Source: Macrostomum lignano
Taxonomy: Eukaryota
Reading direction: 5' to 3'
Assembly: GCA_002269645.1 (NCBI GenBank)
Contig: NIVC01001346.1
Span: forward strand, 244,940 to 308,939
Length of the DNA: 64,000 nt
Below, one piece after another: positions 1 to 44,200 of the stretch (position 1 is the stretch's first letter; every line of letters begins with the position of its first letter). A model generated the notes under the pieces. That model worked only from the letters and a program-made list of their open reading frames with translations, did no database searches and was not told the origin of the DNA. The position numbers and the translations under genes are program-made.

Positions 1-117
1 AATTATTATAATTGTGAAATACATTCACAATGTAGTCACTACATTTTCTACCATTGTGCATTTAAATTTCGCCGCTATGCACAAATTTGGTCTTCGCCAA
101 AAATTTTCAAATGCCCC

Positions 118-276
118 TGGGACGAAAGTGTCCGATTGCCCCTCGGAAGATATGTTCCAGTAAGTCTGGGACGTAATGTCCGATTTCCCTGGGACAAAGT
201 GTCACTGTACCACTCGGGACGAAATGTCCGATTTCCCTGGGACAAAGTGTCACTGTACCACTCGGGACGAAATGTC
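118..276. repeat. 48-bp tandem repeat, ~3 copies
   Basis: GGGACAAAGTGTCACTG... recurs at 191 and 239. Confidence 0.85.
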
Positions 277-31396
<31,120 letters not shown>

Positions 31397-33534
31397 CGCC
31401 TGTCCGATGTGAAACAAAAATTTTAAGCTCTGTTGATTAGTTTAATAGTTAATCACAGCAATACCATAGCAACTATTTTCACCCGAGGTTTTGATACCCA
31501 ACATCTCACCTCAACAACTGTTTACTTCATCAAACGCGCTAATACAGCATCTAAACTTGTCGAGCGAGTTTGACGAGTACAACGAGATGTTGACACAAAT
31601 TTAAAAGAGAAGTTTTAAGAGTACATTGGCATCAATTACGATAGGATTTTGTAATCATGATGGACCATTTAGAACCTTTAGTACTGTATCAGCGAAATTC
31701 ATTTGGTTTCGCTCATGTGTAAAGTCAAGAGGGTGAACTTCCCATTGTTCTGCTTTAAAATATGCATGCATTCACCCAAAACGTTGGGAAGAACTCACAG
31801 ATCCGACCCGAATTCTTACGCGTGGTCCTCTCGTCCTCTGTGTCGGCTAAAATTTGGCTGCAGAAGCTATACCGAAGATGCTACCTGACGCCTTCCGCAG
31901 CAATCTATAGCTAACCAGTTGGGTCTCCGGTTAAGATTGACAGATCAGAGTCCAATATGCTCAGTACTCAGCTGGATTTGCTCTGTATAAATAGGTATTT
32001 TATAGCTGGACCAATCGTTACTGGGTGCAGGTGGTGCGATGTCAGGCTAATTTTCTCTCAAAAGCATTAGCAAGCCTAAATGGGAAGCAAATTTATCCAT
32101 AGTGGCGTGAGTACTCGCCCAAAAAATGCCTGTGCCCACAACAAACTAACTGGGGCCGCTTAGCAACCAACGCAAGCCAGACACGGATTGAAGCCGGACA
32201 GAGCCAGAAAGAGTTTAGGGAGGCTTTGACTGATATTTGCACAGCAAATCAGTTGCCGATTATTAGTGAACTTTTTGGTCCAATTCAGCTAGCGGAGAAG
32301 CTACTCAGTTTTATTGCTTCGGCTGAAATAGCACCGACCAACTCTGGCTCATTCGACAATTGTGTACGAGTAGTCCAATGAGTAAGAGGACAATGTTTAT
32401 GCGCACAATTTTGTTGATAAAGAGTTGAGGTCAGTGTGAGCAGGATGCTATTACGACAACCATTGATTGGATTGGGGTCAAGAACCGTTACTATTTTTTA
32501 CGCTGAAAACAATGCATCACACCCTGTGACTGGCGCGAGTGTTCCGGCCATTGTTCAGCAAAGCTACATGCTGAACGTTTGTATTTTGCCCAAAAATACA
32601 ACAAAATACAATGCAAAGATAAGGAGGATTGAATTGGATAGTTAATAAATGTAGGAAAGGAGTCACGTGATGAAATTTGTACTTGGGGCAAATATACATT
32701 GGGGCAGTTCAGTTAAGCGTAAAATCTCCGGGTTTTATAGCAAATTTAAACTTGGGACCAAATGAACTAACAAAACCGTAGAAGGGACCCGCGGCGAAAT
32801 TAATGCCACGACTGCAAAGTACAGCAGACGTACTAACAGCCTAATGACGCGTATTGATTGATTTTTCAACTTGAAGGATTCCCTAGTCTACGGTAGGTGC
32901 TTTAAGACTTAATGCATTGGCTCCGGCTGTGCAAACTGGAAAAGTTGAATGAAAAAAAATAATTTCTGCAAAATAATTTAGAGACGAAGCGCTCTCTTCA
33001 AGCATTTTGTTTCAGATAGCGAGTGCATTCATTGGCATTTAATAAAACCCAACTTGCTTTGCAAAGAACAGATATGAACTAATGGTTATAATACACATGT
33101 TAACAATCATTGTAGCCTCATTGATGGCAATTAATTTCGGATTAATCGGGCCTAGAGTGCAATTAGTTCGTCGTACCCAAATGGGACTTGATCTGGTGTC
33201 GCATATACTCAGGAAGATGTGAGCTGTACTCCACGAGGTATTCAGCAATGTCGCAGTTCCCTGACAAGTGACAAAGTGTCTCTCTGAATAACTCTCTATT
33301 GTTTGCAAGTTTCTTTCCTTCAAATACAAAGTACATGAAGTTCTATGCCTGCAATCATTAATTTCAAAGCTGGTTAGATGATCATAATCAAAACTCAAAA
33401 TTCTTTTTTTCAATGTAAACTAAACTAAAAATGAGTGATTTGTCTGTATCTATGCGCGCGACTGTATCAATCGATTTTCATGAAACGTGCACCGTTCGAT
33501 CAGACATTTTTTCTCGGTAACAGTACATGCGTCA

Positions 33535-33740
33535 TGGCTAACGTGACTTACTCTCGCATCACAATGGCTTGGTTGGATTCCATGTGGAGCCACATTAATT
33601 TGAGGCTTGTGCACGAAAATTGGCCTTGCGGGTCTGTGCGATTCTCGCCCATGAGGGCCAAACTCCAAGGTATCCGAGTGCGTGCTCAGGGGTCAGCGGA
33701 ATGGACGTGACTGCGGGTCGGCCATCGCCACACTAAAAAA
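33535..33740 (+). mobile_element. Diverged SINE-like element related to family A
   Basis: B-box-like GGTTGGATTCC; shares CACATTAATTT and GTGCTCAGGG...GCGGAATGG with family A; A-rich end. A smaller matching fragment lies at 11262-11310. Confidence 0.45.
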
Positions 33741-33744
33741 CAAA

Positions 33745-34420
33745 CTTGTGAGCGTGCTGAGCGTTGCTGCAAGCGTCGGCCTGGTGGTCAACACGCAGAA
33801 GACCGTCGTGCTCTGCGTTGCTGGACGACATCAAGGCTGCGATTTTCTGCCGAGGTGCCGATGGACAGGTGACGAAGCTTCCGCACTGTCAGCAGTTCGT
33901 CTACCTCGACGGTCTGGTGCCTGACGTTTGCGAGGATCTGCGACGTCGCCGCGGACTTGCCTGGGCTGCCTTCCGTTCCGTGATGGCTGTCCTGCAGTCC
34001 GAGGCCCTTGTTCCAGGCGATGATCGAGACCGTCCTGCTGTACAACGCCGAGATCTGGACGCTGACAGACTCGCTCGAGCAGCAGCAGGTTGATGTGGCT
34101 CACACTGGCCTGCTGCGCGCCGCCTTCAAGACCAATGCGGCACTCGAGCTATCGCCGCATCGGCCTACCACATCCCAGCGAACTGTTGCGCCGCCGGCGA
34201 CTCCAGCTGGCAGGCCAAATCATCCGCGCCGAGTCCTACTATACCCGCAGCTATCAATAGTTTAGGAGGTTCTGTTGCTGACGCTGCAGGCACCCTGCCA
34301 GCAGGGACAGGCGCGCACTAGGCATTTCATCGACTGCCTGCTGGCTGATGCCGGCGCCCTGGTGCGGCCCTACATTCGCGACCAGGCCCTGAAACGCGCC
34401 CTGTTGACGTTTGTTGTCTT
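33745..34420 (+). mobile_element. Degenerate RTE-clade non-LTR retrotransposon (RT C-terminal part), frameshifted
   Basis: Across several frames: GLVVNTQKT, FVYLDG, DLRRRRGLAWAAF, ETVLLYNAEIWTLT, LLRAAF, IDCLLADAG. These are typical of the RTE RT thumb and C-terminus. Confidence 0.75.
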
Positions 34421-35194
34421 TGCCTCTCATGACTTGCTTGACTGGCTGATAGCGTATTTGGTTGCTATGGTTGTTATTCTCATGGCTGAGAAATTGATCA
34501 GTGCTAATAGGATTTAATATTCCAGAAAACATGCTTTTTGCGAAGATCAAGCAGAATTTTCGACTATGAATGATGATTAACCGACTTGATGTAAGAATTG
34601 AATTATTATAAATGCTAAAATTCATATATGTTCATGAGAAGCTAGCCTAGATATGTTTTTTTTCAACTGAAGCAGACTTGATGAAATAAGGAATAACAAA
34701 ATCACTCAGGAGCAGTCAAAACCGCCACCCGAGAGAATTGGCAGAGCGATCGATTTCAGCTCACTACACTGCAATGACGCCAAGGTTTTCCAATTCTCGT
34801 TCAGGCGCACTGGGTCTGGGGTGGCGGTTTTGACCATTGCTGAGTGTGGATAAAGGAATCGTCATGCCAACCATAAAAGACTCATTAGGGAAGTGCTAAG
34901 ATGTCGAGACTCATGGGGGAAATTGATGGAATTCTGTGGCTCAACGCTCATTGGGGGAACTGCTAAGATTTCATGGCTCATGGTGGGAATTTCTGAGTTG
35001 CCAAGACTCCAGGGGGGAGGTGGGAATTGCTGAAATTCCAAGGCTCATGGAATGAAATGCTGAAATTTTGTGGTCCAAGGGTCATGAGTAATTGCTAAGA
35101 TGCCAAATCTTATGAGAAATTGCTGAGATGCCAAGGCTCATGTGCGGATTTACTGAGATTTTCAAGTTTCATGGTTGAATTGCTAAGATGTCAA

Positions 35195-35945
35195 GTCTCA
35201 TAGGAAGGGGGTTGCTGAGATATCAAGTCTCATAGGAAGGGGGTTGCTGAGATGTCAAGTCTCATAGGAAGGGGGTTGCGGAGATGTCAAGTCTCATAGG
35301 AAGGGAGTTGCTGAGATGTCAAATCTCATAGGAAGGGGGTTGCTGAGATGTCAAGTCTCATAGGAAGGGGGTTGCTGAGATGCCAAGGCTTATGGGGGAG
35401 TTGCTGAGATGCCAAGGCTCATGGCGGAATTGCTGAGATGTCAAGGCTTGTGGGGGAGTTGCTGAGATGTCAAGGCTCATGGGGGGGAGTTGCTGAGATG
35501 CCAATGCTTGTGGGGGAGTTGCTGAGATGTCTAGGCTTGTGGGGGAGTTGCTGAGATGTCTAGGCTTGTGGGGGAGTTGCTGAGATATCAAGGCTTGTGG
35601 GGGAGTTGCTGAGATGCCAAGGCTTGTGGGGGAGTTGCTGAGATGTCTAGGCTTGTGGGGGAGTTGCTGAGATGTCAAGGCTTGTGGGGGAGTTGCTGAA
35701 ATGTCAAGGCTCATGGGGGGGGGGGAGTTGCTGAGATGTCAAGGCTTGTGGGGGAGTTGCTGAGATGTCAAGGCTTGTGGGGGAGTTGCTGAGATGTCAA
35801 GGCTTGTGGGGGAGTTGCTGAGATGTCAAGGCTTGTAGGGGAGTTGCTAAGATGTCAAGGCTTGTAGGGGAGTTGCTGAGATGTCAAGGCTTGTAGGGGA
35901 GTTGCTGAGATGTCAAGGCTCATGGAGGGGGGTTGCTGAGATGAG
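35195..35945. repeat. 27-29-bp minisatellite (GGGGAGTTGCTGAGATGTCAAGGCTTGT)
   Basis: Same family as 18172-18600. Confidence 0.93.
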
Positions 35946-36703
35946 CTGAGATAGCTGGCTTACAGGGCGGATGCTTTTTTGCTTTAAACATCATTTTCCT
36001 TGGGAAACTAAAATAGTAACTGTACAAGGTCAAAACCTACGTGTAGTTTATTCAAAAATGTTTGTTATTTTTGTTGCCTCCCCAACGGGGTGTAGATTTC
36101 TTGTTATTGGCTAAAATGTCAAATATCCATGTAAATTAGATACACGAATACAGCAAGACTTGCATAGCAAAATGTTCCGTTCATATTGCTTTCAGTAGTC
36201 AATTCAGAAAGTAACCGATTCTCCCCAGCAAATAATTATTATTATTAGCATATCGGGTTATGGAAACTTGCACAGAAAAAATGCAACAAATACTAATTAA
36301 ACGTTAATGAGGAAGATTTCGACAACATTTGGATGCTGGGGAAGAAAGTTAGCGGATAATTTGTTTTCGAATCACGGAATAGCGTCATTACTGAATAGTC
36401 AACATATTCAACGGATTTGTTTATCATGCAGTTGGAATCAGTTTTAAAATGTAAAACAATATCAAATGTCAGTATGAGTCCATTTACGAGCTACTAAGTG
36501 AGAACAATTAAAAGCATACGAGAACTCGAATACATGTATTATATCCATCATGATTTAAATAGACTGACCCGTCACCCATTACACTATTGATGGCTATTAC
36601 GAGTAAAATGATGAAGCTTTAATTTGAAACTGCAATGACATCAAATGACAGTTTTTGACATTGATTAAAGGTTTTTATAGCCACTATCCAGCTAGAAGTT
36701 TTA

Positions 36704-38877
36704 TTAATCGAGCTTCCTGGTTGCTAGGGCGGCATACTTTCTGTGCGATTTGTACCACAGAGCCATGGGAATAGCGATCGAAGGCAGCGACATCAGGCCG
36801 AATGTCAGCCATTCGGTCTGAAATAAAAAAACACCATTCATTAATACGAGCTAAATATAAAACGTTGATTAAAGCTTCTGTATTGAAGTCTGAAGCGATT
36901 CTCCCTTGCTCCACGGCATGGAAATAGCGAAAATTCAGTAAGCTTCGCATGATTCAGCAATTTCCACTGTGCACAGTTAACGCTTGAACTGAAAGCTGTG
37001 GGGTTTGAGGGCGCTGGGGGGGGGTTGAAAATGTACACTCGCGGCAATGTACCTAGATAGAATTCTCTCATGGGGTGTGAGTGTACATTGTTGACACGTG
37101 GCGGCATGCGTCCGCTACTTCGCTAGCTCACTTTTTTGTCCTGTCCAGTTTAACAATAAGTAAGAGATCTGAGGATTTTCTTTACGCTGTATTGCCTCTT
37201 CCCTAATTTAACTACGAGACCAAGCAAGGCTTATCTTGAGTTGGTGCGTACAGACATTGCTGTGGGAAACATGTAACAACTGCATAATTCTTGGCTTGGC
37301 GTTGACCATGCATATATATACCTTTATGAGCATTATGAGCAGGGGCGTCACCATAGATTTTATGGTGGCGGTAACAAAGCCAATATTCCAAGAATTCTAC
37401 ATGACCTAAATTCCTACATTTTTTGGGAATCGATGTTGTTAGCACTAATTTTGGCGCCGCAGACACTCATTTTGGCGCCATAGACAGTCACTTGGCGCTA
37501 CAGACAGGCACTCATTCTGACCCCAAAGGCGCTTATATTTTGGCGCCCTGAAGCAGAACTATTGATTTCCATAAGGGTTACAAGGTGGGGTGGTGGGAGT
37601 GGGGACAAAGCATTAGCATGTATCCCCATAGCTTTTGATTGGAGGCATGTCCCCCTGTCCCACTATAGTTGTGACGCCTCTGATTACGAGTAAGACACCT
37701 TAAAGCCTACAAATATGGGCATTAAAAGTAAAAAACAAAATTTTGAATCGATTGAAATGGGCTGTCATTAATGTGTGGTGTTGAGTGTGAGATTGAGATT
37801 AGAGTGTGTTGTCATTAATTTCGAAGAAAACCTTGGTTGAACTAGATGGGTCATTTGCACTATCTGTGTTATATAGGCATCATACATATATTTTGCTAAC
37901 TTGCTAACTAACAATCTGCGGGACATCCAGGTTCAGACCAATCCTAGAACTGATTTTAACTAGACAATAGATTTTAGTATAGTGGATTCTCTAGGCCAAG
38001 CAGACTAAACGACAGATCCAAAATTTTCCCCGAGGTGGTCACTCGACCCTTTTTGACCCCCCGTCCATAAAAACAGACAGCGATAAAGACCTGCATGCTC
38101 AGACGACCTAAAGAGAAAAATTATTAAAAGACTAGTGATAGATTTTTACAGCTATGAGGAAGTCACAATCCTGATTTTCTGGAGGGTCTTTTACTGACTT
38201 GATCTGTTTTTGGTCAATGAGACGCAGAAGTCTCACTCACTGAGATGGAGCCCCCCTATACATCATGACACTGAACTCACGGCATGAGCAGAAAACTGTC
38301 GATCGTAAGCGGCTGTATCATAAATAACCACTTCTCCAAAGCCGCTAGTCTGACCAACTGTGAAGCCGCGAGAGTCCTCGCTGGCTCTGTAGCGAACAGT
38401 AGCCTGGCTAACATTGAACATGACACTTTGCAGCGGCGTCAGCACCACCGAGTGACTGACATTGGCGCCTGCCGGCAGACTGGCCCAACGGGCGCGCAGC
38501 AAGCCGGCCTTCAATTCGAAATAGTCGCTAGGGAAGCCCTCCTCTTCCAGCTGAAGATTCTGAGCAGCCCTGTATTCGCCAAGTAGGTATTGCTTTAAAG
38601 TATTAAAAATACAAATCTAGAATAACAATAAACGCAAATTTCCAGCTACTAAGATCTGCATGCATGCACTCTGTTAAAAACAATTTGAATGGAAGATTGA
38701 CGAAACTTACTTTGAACCAACATTGTACAAATCGTATTGGACTGTAATGTCTTTTCCCTTGACAACTAAGTTGTTGAGAATTGTTTTGAGAGCCACAATT
38801 TGAGCCCTTTCTTCGGTGTCAGCCATGCAGGACATGACCATCATCAGCAGAACTAGAGCAGAACTGATTTTACCCAT
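36704..38877 (-). CDS. SSR2: Translocon-associated protein subunit beta (TRAP-beta), 189 aa, 3 exons
   Basis: Exons 38877-38711, 38569-38281 and 36817-36704, with phases 2 and 0. Signal peptide, then KTILNNLVVKGKDITVQYDLYNVGS, ANVSHSVVLTP, YDRQFSAH and WLTFGLMSLPSIAIPMALWYKSHRKY, collinear with TRAP-beta. Confidence 0.96.
37340..37682. mobile_element. hAT-type MITE in SSR2 intron 2
   Basis: TIRs CAGGGGCGTCAC / GTGACGCCTCTG match 11 of 12. The 8-bp flanks ATTATGAG / ATTACGAG match 7 of 8, the TSD length typical of hAT. Confidence 0.72.
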
Positions 38878-41252
38878 TGCAACTTGCTGAAAAGTATTAA
38901 AAGCATATAAAAAATTATCAAAGCGCAATCCTTGCTGTCAGAGCAACGATTGTTTGATTCAAAAACACAGTTGATACATTAAATTCACTTTGTGAAATGT
39001 CCTCTTGTTTTTCTTTCAATACGAGTAAAAAAATTAATGTAAATCTCATAGTGCCAAGTTGAATATGCAAGAGTTTTAATTTCTTACTTTTTCTTTATAA
39101 AATACATGCTCTAGAATTTATTAGCTTTCGAAATCATTTTATTTTAAAAATTACTGAAAAGATTATAATTTTATAGAAGAATGCTTAATGAAAATTTTAA
39201 ATGCAACATGATATTTTTCCTATACTGAAAGTAAACAATTAAAAAATTGACGGAAGTAACTTTATAAATTCTAAAAAATTCTGACATATGGAAAGCTTTA
39301 TAAGGAAATTTTGGAATTTCATCTGGAAATTTTAAATGCACATATTCACGATCGCAAAGTCACACAATATCAATATGCTGATTCGCTTTAAATCTTACAA
39401 GTACGCAAAATTCCGAGTCCGACTCAAAACTCAAATTAACAGAAACGGAATTAAAGCGATTAAAATGAGTATATGGTTTTGAATGTGAGAAAAATATTTG
39501 GAGAGGGAGAGCGTGTAGTATAAATTTAAGAGTTCGCGTCGAGGCTCGGCATCGCCACTTGGTAAATGTCGAATTGGTGCCTAAAATTTCGTGACATAGA
39601 AAACAAATAAAAACTATCAAGCTAATGTAGCGCTTCTAATCCAAGTAGGAATAAAGTTTATCATGTGGTAACAAAAGTTTTTATAAAAGTATAACTAGAG
39701 AAAGATTTGTTTGTAAGAACCAAAACGAAAATAAAAAAGGCACGATCCCGACACACTAGTGACAGACTTTAGTGAACACATTATTCTTAAATTCTGAAAC
39801 TTTGAGTATGTTATTTTATGTCTGTTTTATATTTATTATATATATTTCCATAATAATAGAATAAAGTTCCATCTCTTGGAACGTATAGTATAAATGAATT
39901 GCTTTTTAATTCTATACAGTATATAGGCCTATATATTGCAAAAATTATTTAAAACCTTTAAAGAAGTCTTTAAGTACTGTACTGTGTTTGTATTGTGCAT
40001 GATATTTTCAACCTATAACCAAGTCACCTAGGTAGTCTAGTCCTATTCAACCATGACATATAAACATGTAATTTAATTGTAATTTCATTTCTTTGTAGAA
40101 ATTCCTTTGTTTCTTTTGTAGACATTCCTTTCTTTTCCTTTATAGAAAATTGTTATAGACTTTTGTCAGAGTGTTTCATAAAAACTAGTGAATGAAGACG
40201 CTGTCGTCTTCAAAGGTGGGACGATGGTATATATCCATTAAATATTGTTCTTAAAATTTTATATCAAAGATAATAGCATTTCAATTTCAGTATAGTTTTG
40301 CCTATCAAAATAGCAACTATTATCATAGATATTTCCAATGGCTTAATTGAAATAATTATCATAGGACACATGCATTTAATCATAATAGCAGACTCCAATT
40401 TAGCCATTGGACGATTTTGTTATAGAATTTTTTTCTAAATTAAAGCAATAAAGATTAAACAATAATGAATAAACAATGATTTTTTATAAAAATGTATTAA
40501 AATAATTAAATTTAGTTCAAAGATATCTTATAATATTTTATTAAACTAAACACATTTTGAAAGTACACACATTTTTAAGTATAAAAGATAGCTATCTATA
40601 TTTTTGAGATGGTTAAAATGCCAACAATTTCTAGTATGCTATTGAACTTGGCTTGAGCATTATGAAACTGTAGCAATATGATTGGTATTATCTGCTTTTA
40701 TAGCCAGCAAATGGTTGTTCATCTACTAAGTAAGTTTGTATCTTGGCTGCCCTTTAGGTAAAGTGTATCATCTTTCTTCAATATCAATGTGTAAAAGTAT
40801 TATGTGGAATAACTTGCTTAAAATATAAAATCATAAGTGTCACTCATAAGTTTACTTCTCTACCAATCCTTTTTGACTAGAACTAGATCTCTTTTTCTTG
40901 TCATCATTGCATATTAAGATGTCTTGCCATTTTGCTTAAAATTCAAAACTTCAATGCAAATAGTTGAATAAAACTTCCATTTGTGCTGCACTGCTTAATG
41001 TTCAAAGTTGTTTGTTATGACTAAGTCATAGACTAAATTTCTATGGCAAAATTGGTGTCTGCTGTCAGAATTAAAGGCCTGTGACTATTGTTTTAATTAA
41101 GCCATAGACAGCAGTCACTGCCTTGATTAAAAATGATACATAGCACATTAAAGTTTTATTTCGTTAATGGTCCTCTTACTTTCATACTTTTCCATTGTTC
41201 TGACATAGTATCTCAAATTGTTACTGTACTTTACAAATTTACTTATCTGCAG

Positions 41253-44200
41253 GCGAGACGGGTGCCTCACTGTGCAACTAAGAATGCTCGCGCGCCATTG
41301 GACGCCGGCTGTCCAACAGACGCCGAGTTGGACGAATTGGAGGCCGAGGCTATTTATCCTCTGCCTAGAGTGTCGGACAGATTCCCGCGGGCCAAGTACC
41401 ACTGCCGGGCCTGCGACTATCACTGCGACTCCCTGCCGAAGTGCTGGCAGCACGCCAGGGACCAGCGGCATCGCGTCAAATCCGACGCTACCCGGCTTGG
41501 CCGCCTTGCCAGCCTTCTGCCGGAGCCGACGCCAGACCATGCCGCGGCGCTTGGCGACCAGCTGGCAGCCCTAGCTGACACGGCCGCCTTGGACCCCGCC
41601 GAGGCTGCCAGACGTCGCCAACTAGCCGAAGTCGCCATGGCAGCCGTGTTGGCCGCCGCTCCTGGCGCCGTCAGCGCCAACCTGTGCGGCAGCCTGGCTA
41701 GCGGCCTCTCCACCGCCCGCAGCGACGTCAACGTCTGCCTAGTGTTGAACCTGCGACAGCGCCAGGACGCATTCGACCTGTGCTTATCGGCGCTGCACCG
41801 CAAAGGCTGCTTCGCCGTTATTCAACCGGATCTGGCCATGCCGGGCATCGTCTGTAGCGATCGGGCTGGCGTTGCCTATCGCTTCCTGTGCGCCTCCAGT
41901 CTGGCCAGGTATAAATCCAGATTAATATGAATTGGTCCAATTGTCTTTCAAGCATGGCTTTTTTAACCTTCAGACACATTTCACAGAGGAAGTTAAGATT
42001 TGTGTTAACAATGGCCCAACACACTGGCATAGACACATTTCATAGAGGAAGTTAAGATTTGTGTTAACAAAAGCCCAACACACTGGCATAGACACATTTC
42101 ACAGAGGAAGTTAAGATTTGAGTTAACAATGGCCCAACACACTGGCATAGACACATTTCACAGAGGAAGTTAAGATTTGAGTTAACAATGGCCCAACACA
42201 CTGGCATAGACACATTTCACAGAGGAAGTTAAGATTTGAGTTAACAATGGCCCAACACACTGGCGTGCACAAATTTCACAGGGCCTCAGTTGCTCGCCTT
42301 ATTGGCGCCTACTCGGGCCTCAGGCGCCGATGCCGTCGGCTCTGTTTGGCCCTACGCTTAGTAGCTGGGAGGGCTGGCCTGGCCTCTCCGGAGCGGAACG
42401 GCACTCTGCCGCCGCACGCCTTCGATCTGATGGTTGTGCACTACATGCAGCTGACTGGCCACCTGCCTGTGCTCAATCGCCTAGCTGAGACTGCGCCGCC
42501 TCATCTGGGCCGAGTTGAAGGCGTCGGCGAGGACGGAGTTTGCCTAGTGTATCTGGACGCCGCTAGGGCCGACGGTCGTTTAGACGGAATCTGGCGCCGA
42601 CCGCGCGGCGTCGGAGCCGGCGTCTGCGGCAGCGAAGGCCTCGGCCGGCAGTGGGTGGACCTGCTGCGCTACTATTCCATGCCCGGCCGGGAGACTGCAG
42701 TTGTCACAGTGACCAGCTCGGAGCCGTCTGCACTGACCTGCTCTGACAAGGACTGGCCGCCTAGGCCAATTAATATCGAGGATCCGTTCCAGCCTAGGTG
42801 CAATTTAACACGAGCCGCAGCCACTGTTGAGCTTATTGATTACACCCTGACTCAGCTGCGGGCCGCTTTCGCCTATTTTGCTGTGCCTCGAACTGCTCGA
42901 GGCCCAGTGTACGGCCGGCTGCGACTTGCTGCCACCGCCGATGCACCCGAATGTGCTGGCAGCGGCAGCGACGGCACTAGCAGCTGCGTCCTGCGCGTTG
43001 TTATCAGCAAAGAGGAGGAGGAAGCTGCCGCTTTTGAATGGGGCCGCTGGGCGACGGTCGCCGCCGAAGTCAAAACCAGAGCGGATGGCGGCTGCCTCGG
43101 CAGTGGCGAGCCTGCCCATTGCGGAGAAACTGACGGGAGAGGTGCTGAGGACAAAAAAGGTAATAGCACGGAAGCTGATGACAAAGAACCTGAAGTCAAA
43201 GTAGCTGATGAAACTGATGACATCAAAGACAATGATGGAGACGCAGATTTTGAAGCTGACAGTGAAGAGGTTGATAATGGAGATGGCAATAGAGAGCTTG
43301 TTGATGCCGAGAATAACGTTGCCAGTACGAGGGCGGCGGCGGACTTTGCTGACGATGAAGACAACGACGCTGAAGACGGAGCAGCGGTCGTCGCAGATGT
43401 TGAACGAGACAGCGAAAAAGTAAAGCTGACGAAGCCAGCTAGTACTGAGTGCCGAGCCATTGTTGACAGCGAAGATCCTGGCTACTACAACCGGGCCCTG
43501 GTGAACTCGGTGCCCAAGTCCGCCCTGCAATTCACCGCTCTGACAAAGGGTCGTTGCACTCTGGCTGTTGATCCACCGTTGAAATGTTCCGCCTGCCGAG
43601 GCTCTGGTCACCTGCGCGACACCTGCGGTTTATATGAGCTGCCTGTGCCATCCTCAGCTACCGGGCCCGCCGCCGCCGCTGTTGCCGCCGCCGCCGCCGC
43701 TGCCGCTTCTTGGCATCTGCAAACTTCGCAGCAGAGGCTTCACTGGCTAGGCAAAGCGTTGATGTCGCTTCCGGATGAGCTGGCCGCCACGCCCGAGGAA
43801 GAGAATAGGCGAGAGAATGTTTGGCGAGAGATTCTGGGCCTACTTCGAGTCCATCTGACTGGCGTGACCTGCTGTCTGGAACTGTTCGGCTCCTGCTGCA
43901 ACGGATTCGCGTTTCGAGACAGCGACCTGGACATGTGCCTGACGTTCTCTGAGTACTCCAGCACATCCGCCCTGCCGCCGCGCCTTGTTGCGCCCGGCCT
44001 GATAGATCGGGTGGCCGCCATATTGAAAGGAGCGCCTGGCGGCAATTACGACTCTGTGCTACCCGTACACAGCGCCAAAGTGCCTATTGTTAAATTTAAG
44101 CACCGACGCTTCGATATGGAAGGCGATTTGAGCTTGTACAATCTGCTGGCTGTGCACAATACCCGCATGCTCAGGGCCTATGCCGCTCTGGACCAGAGGG

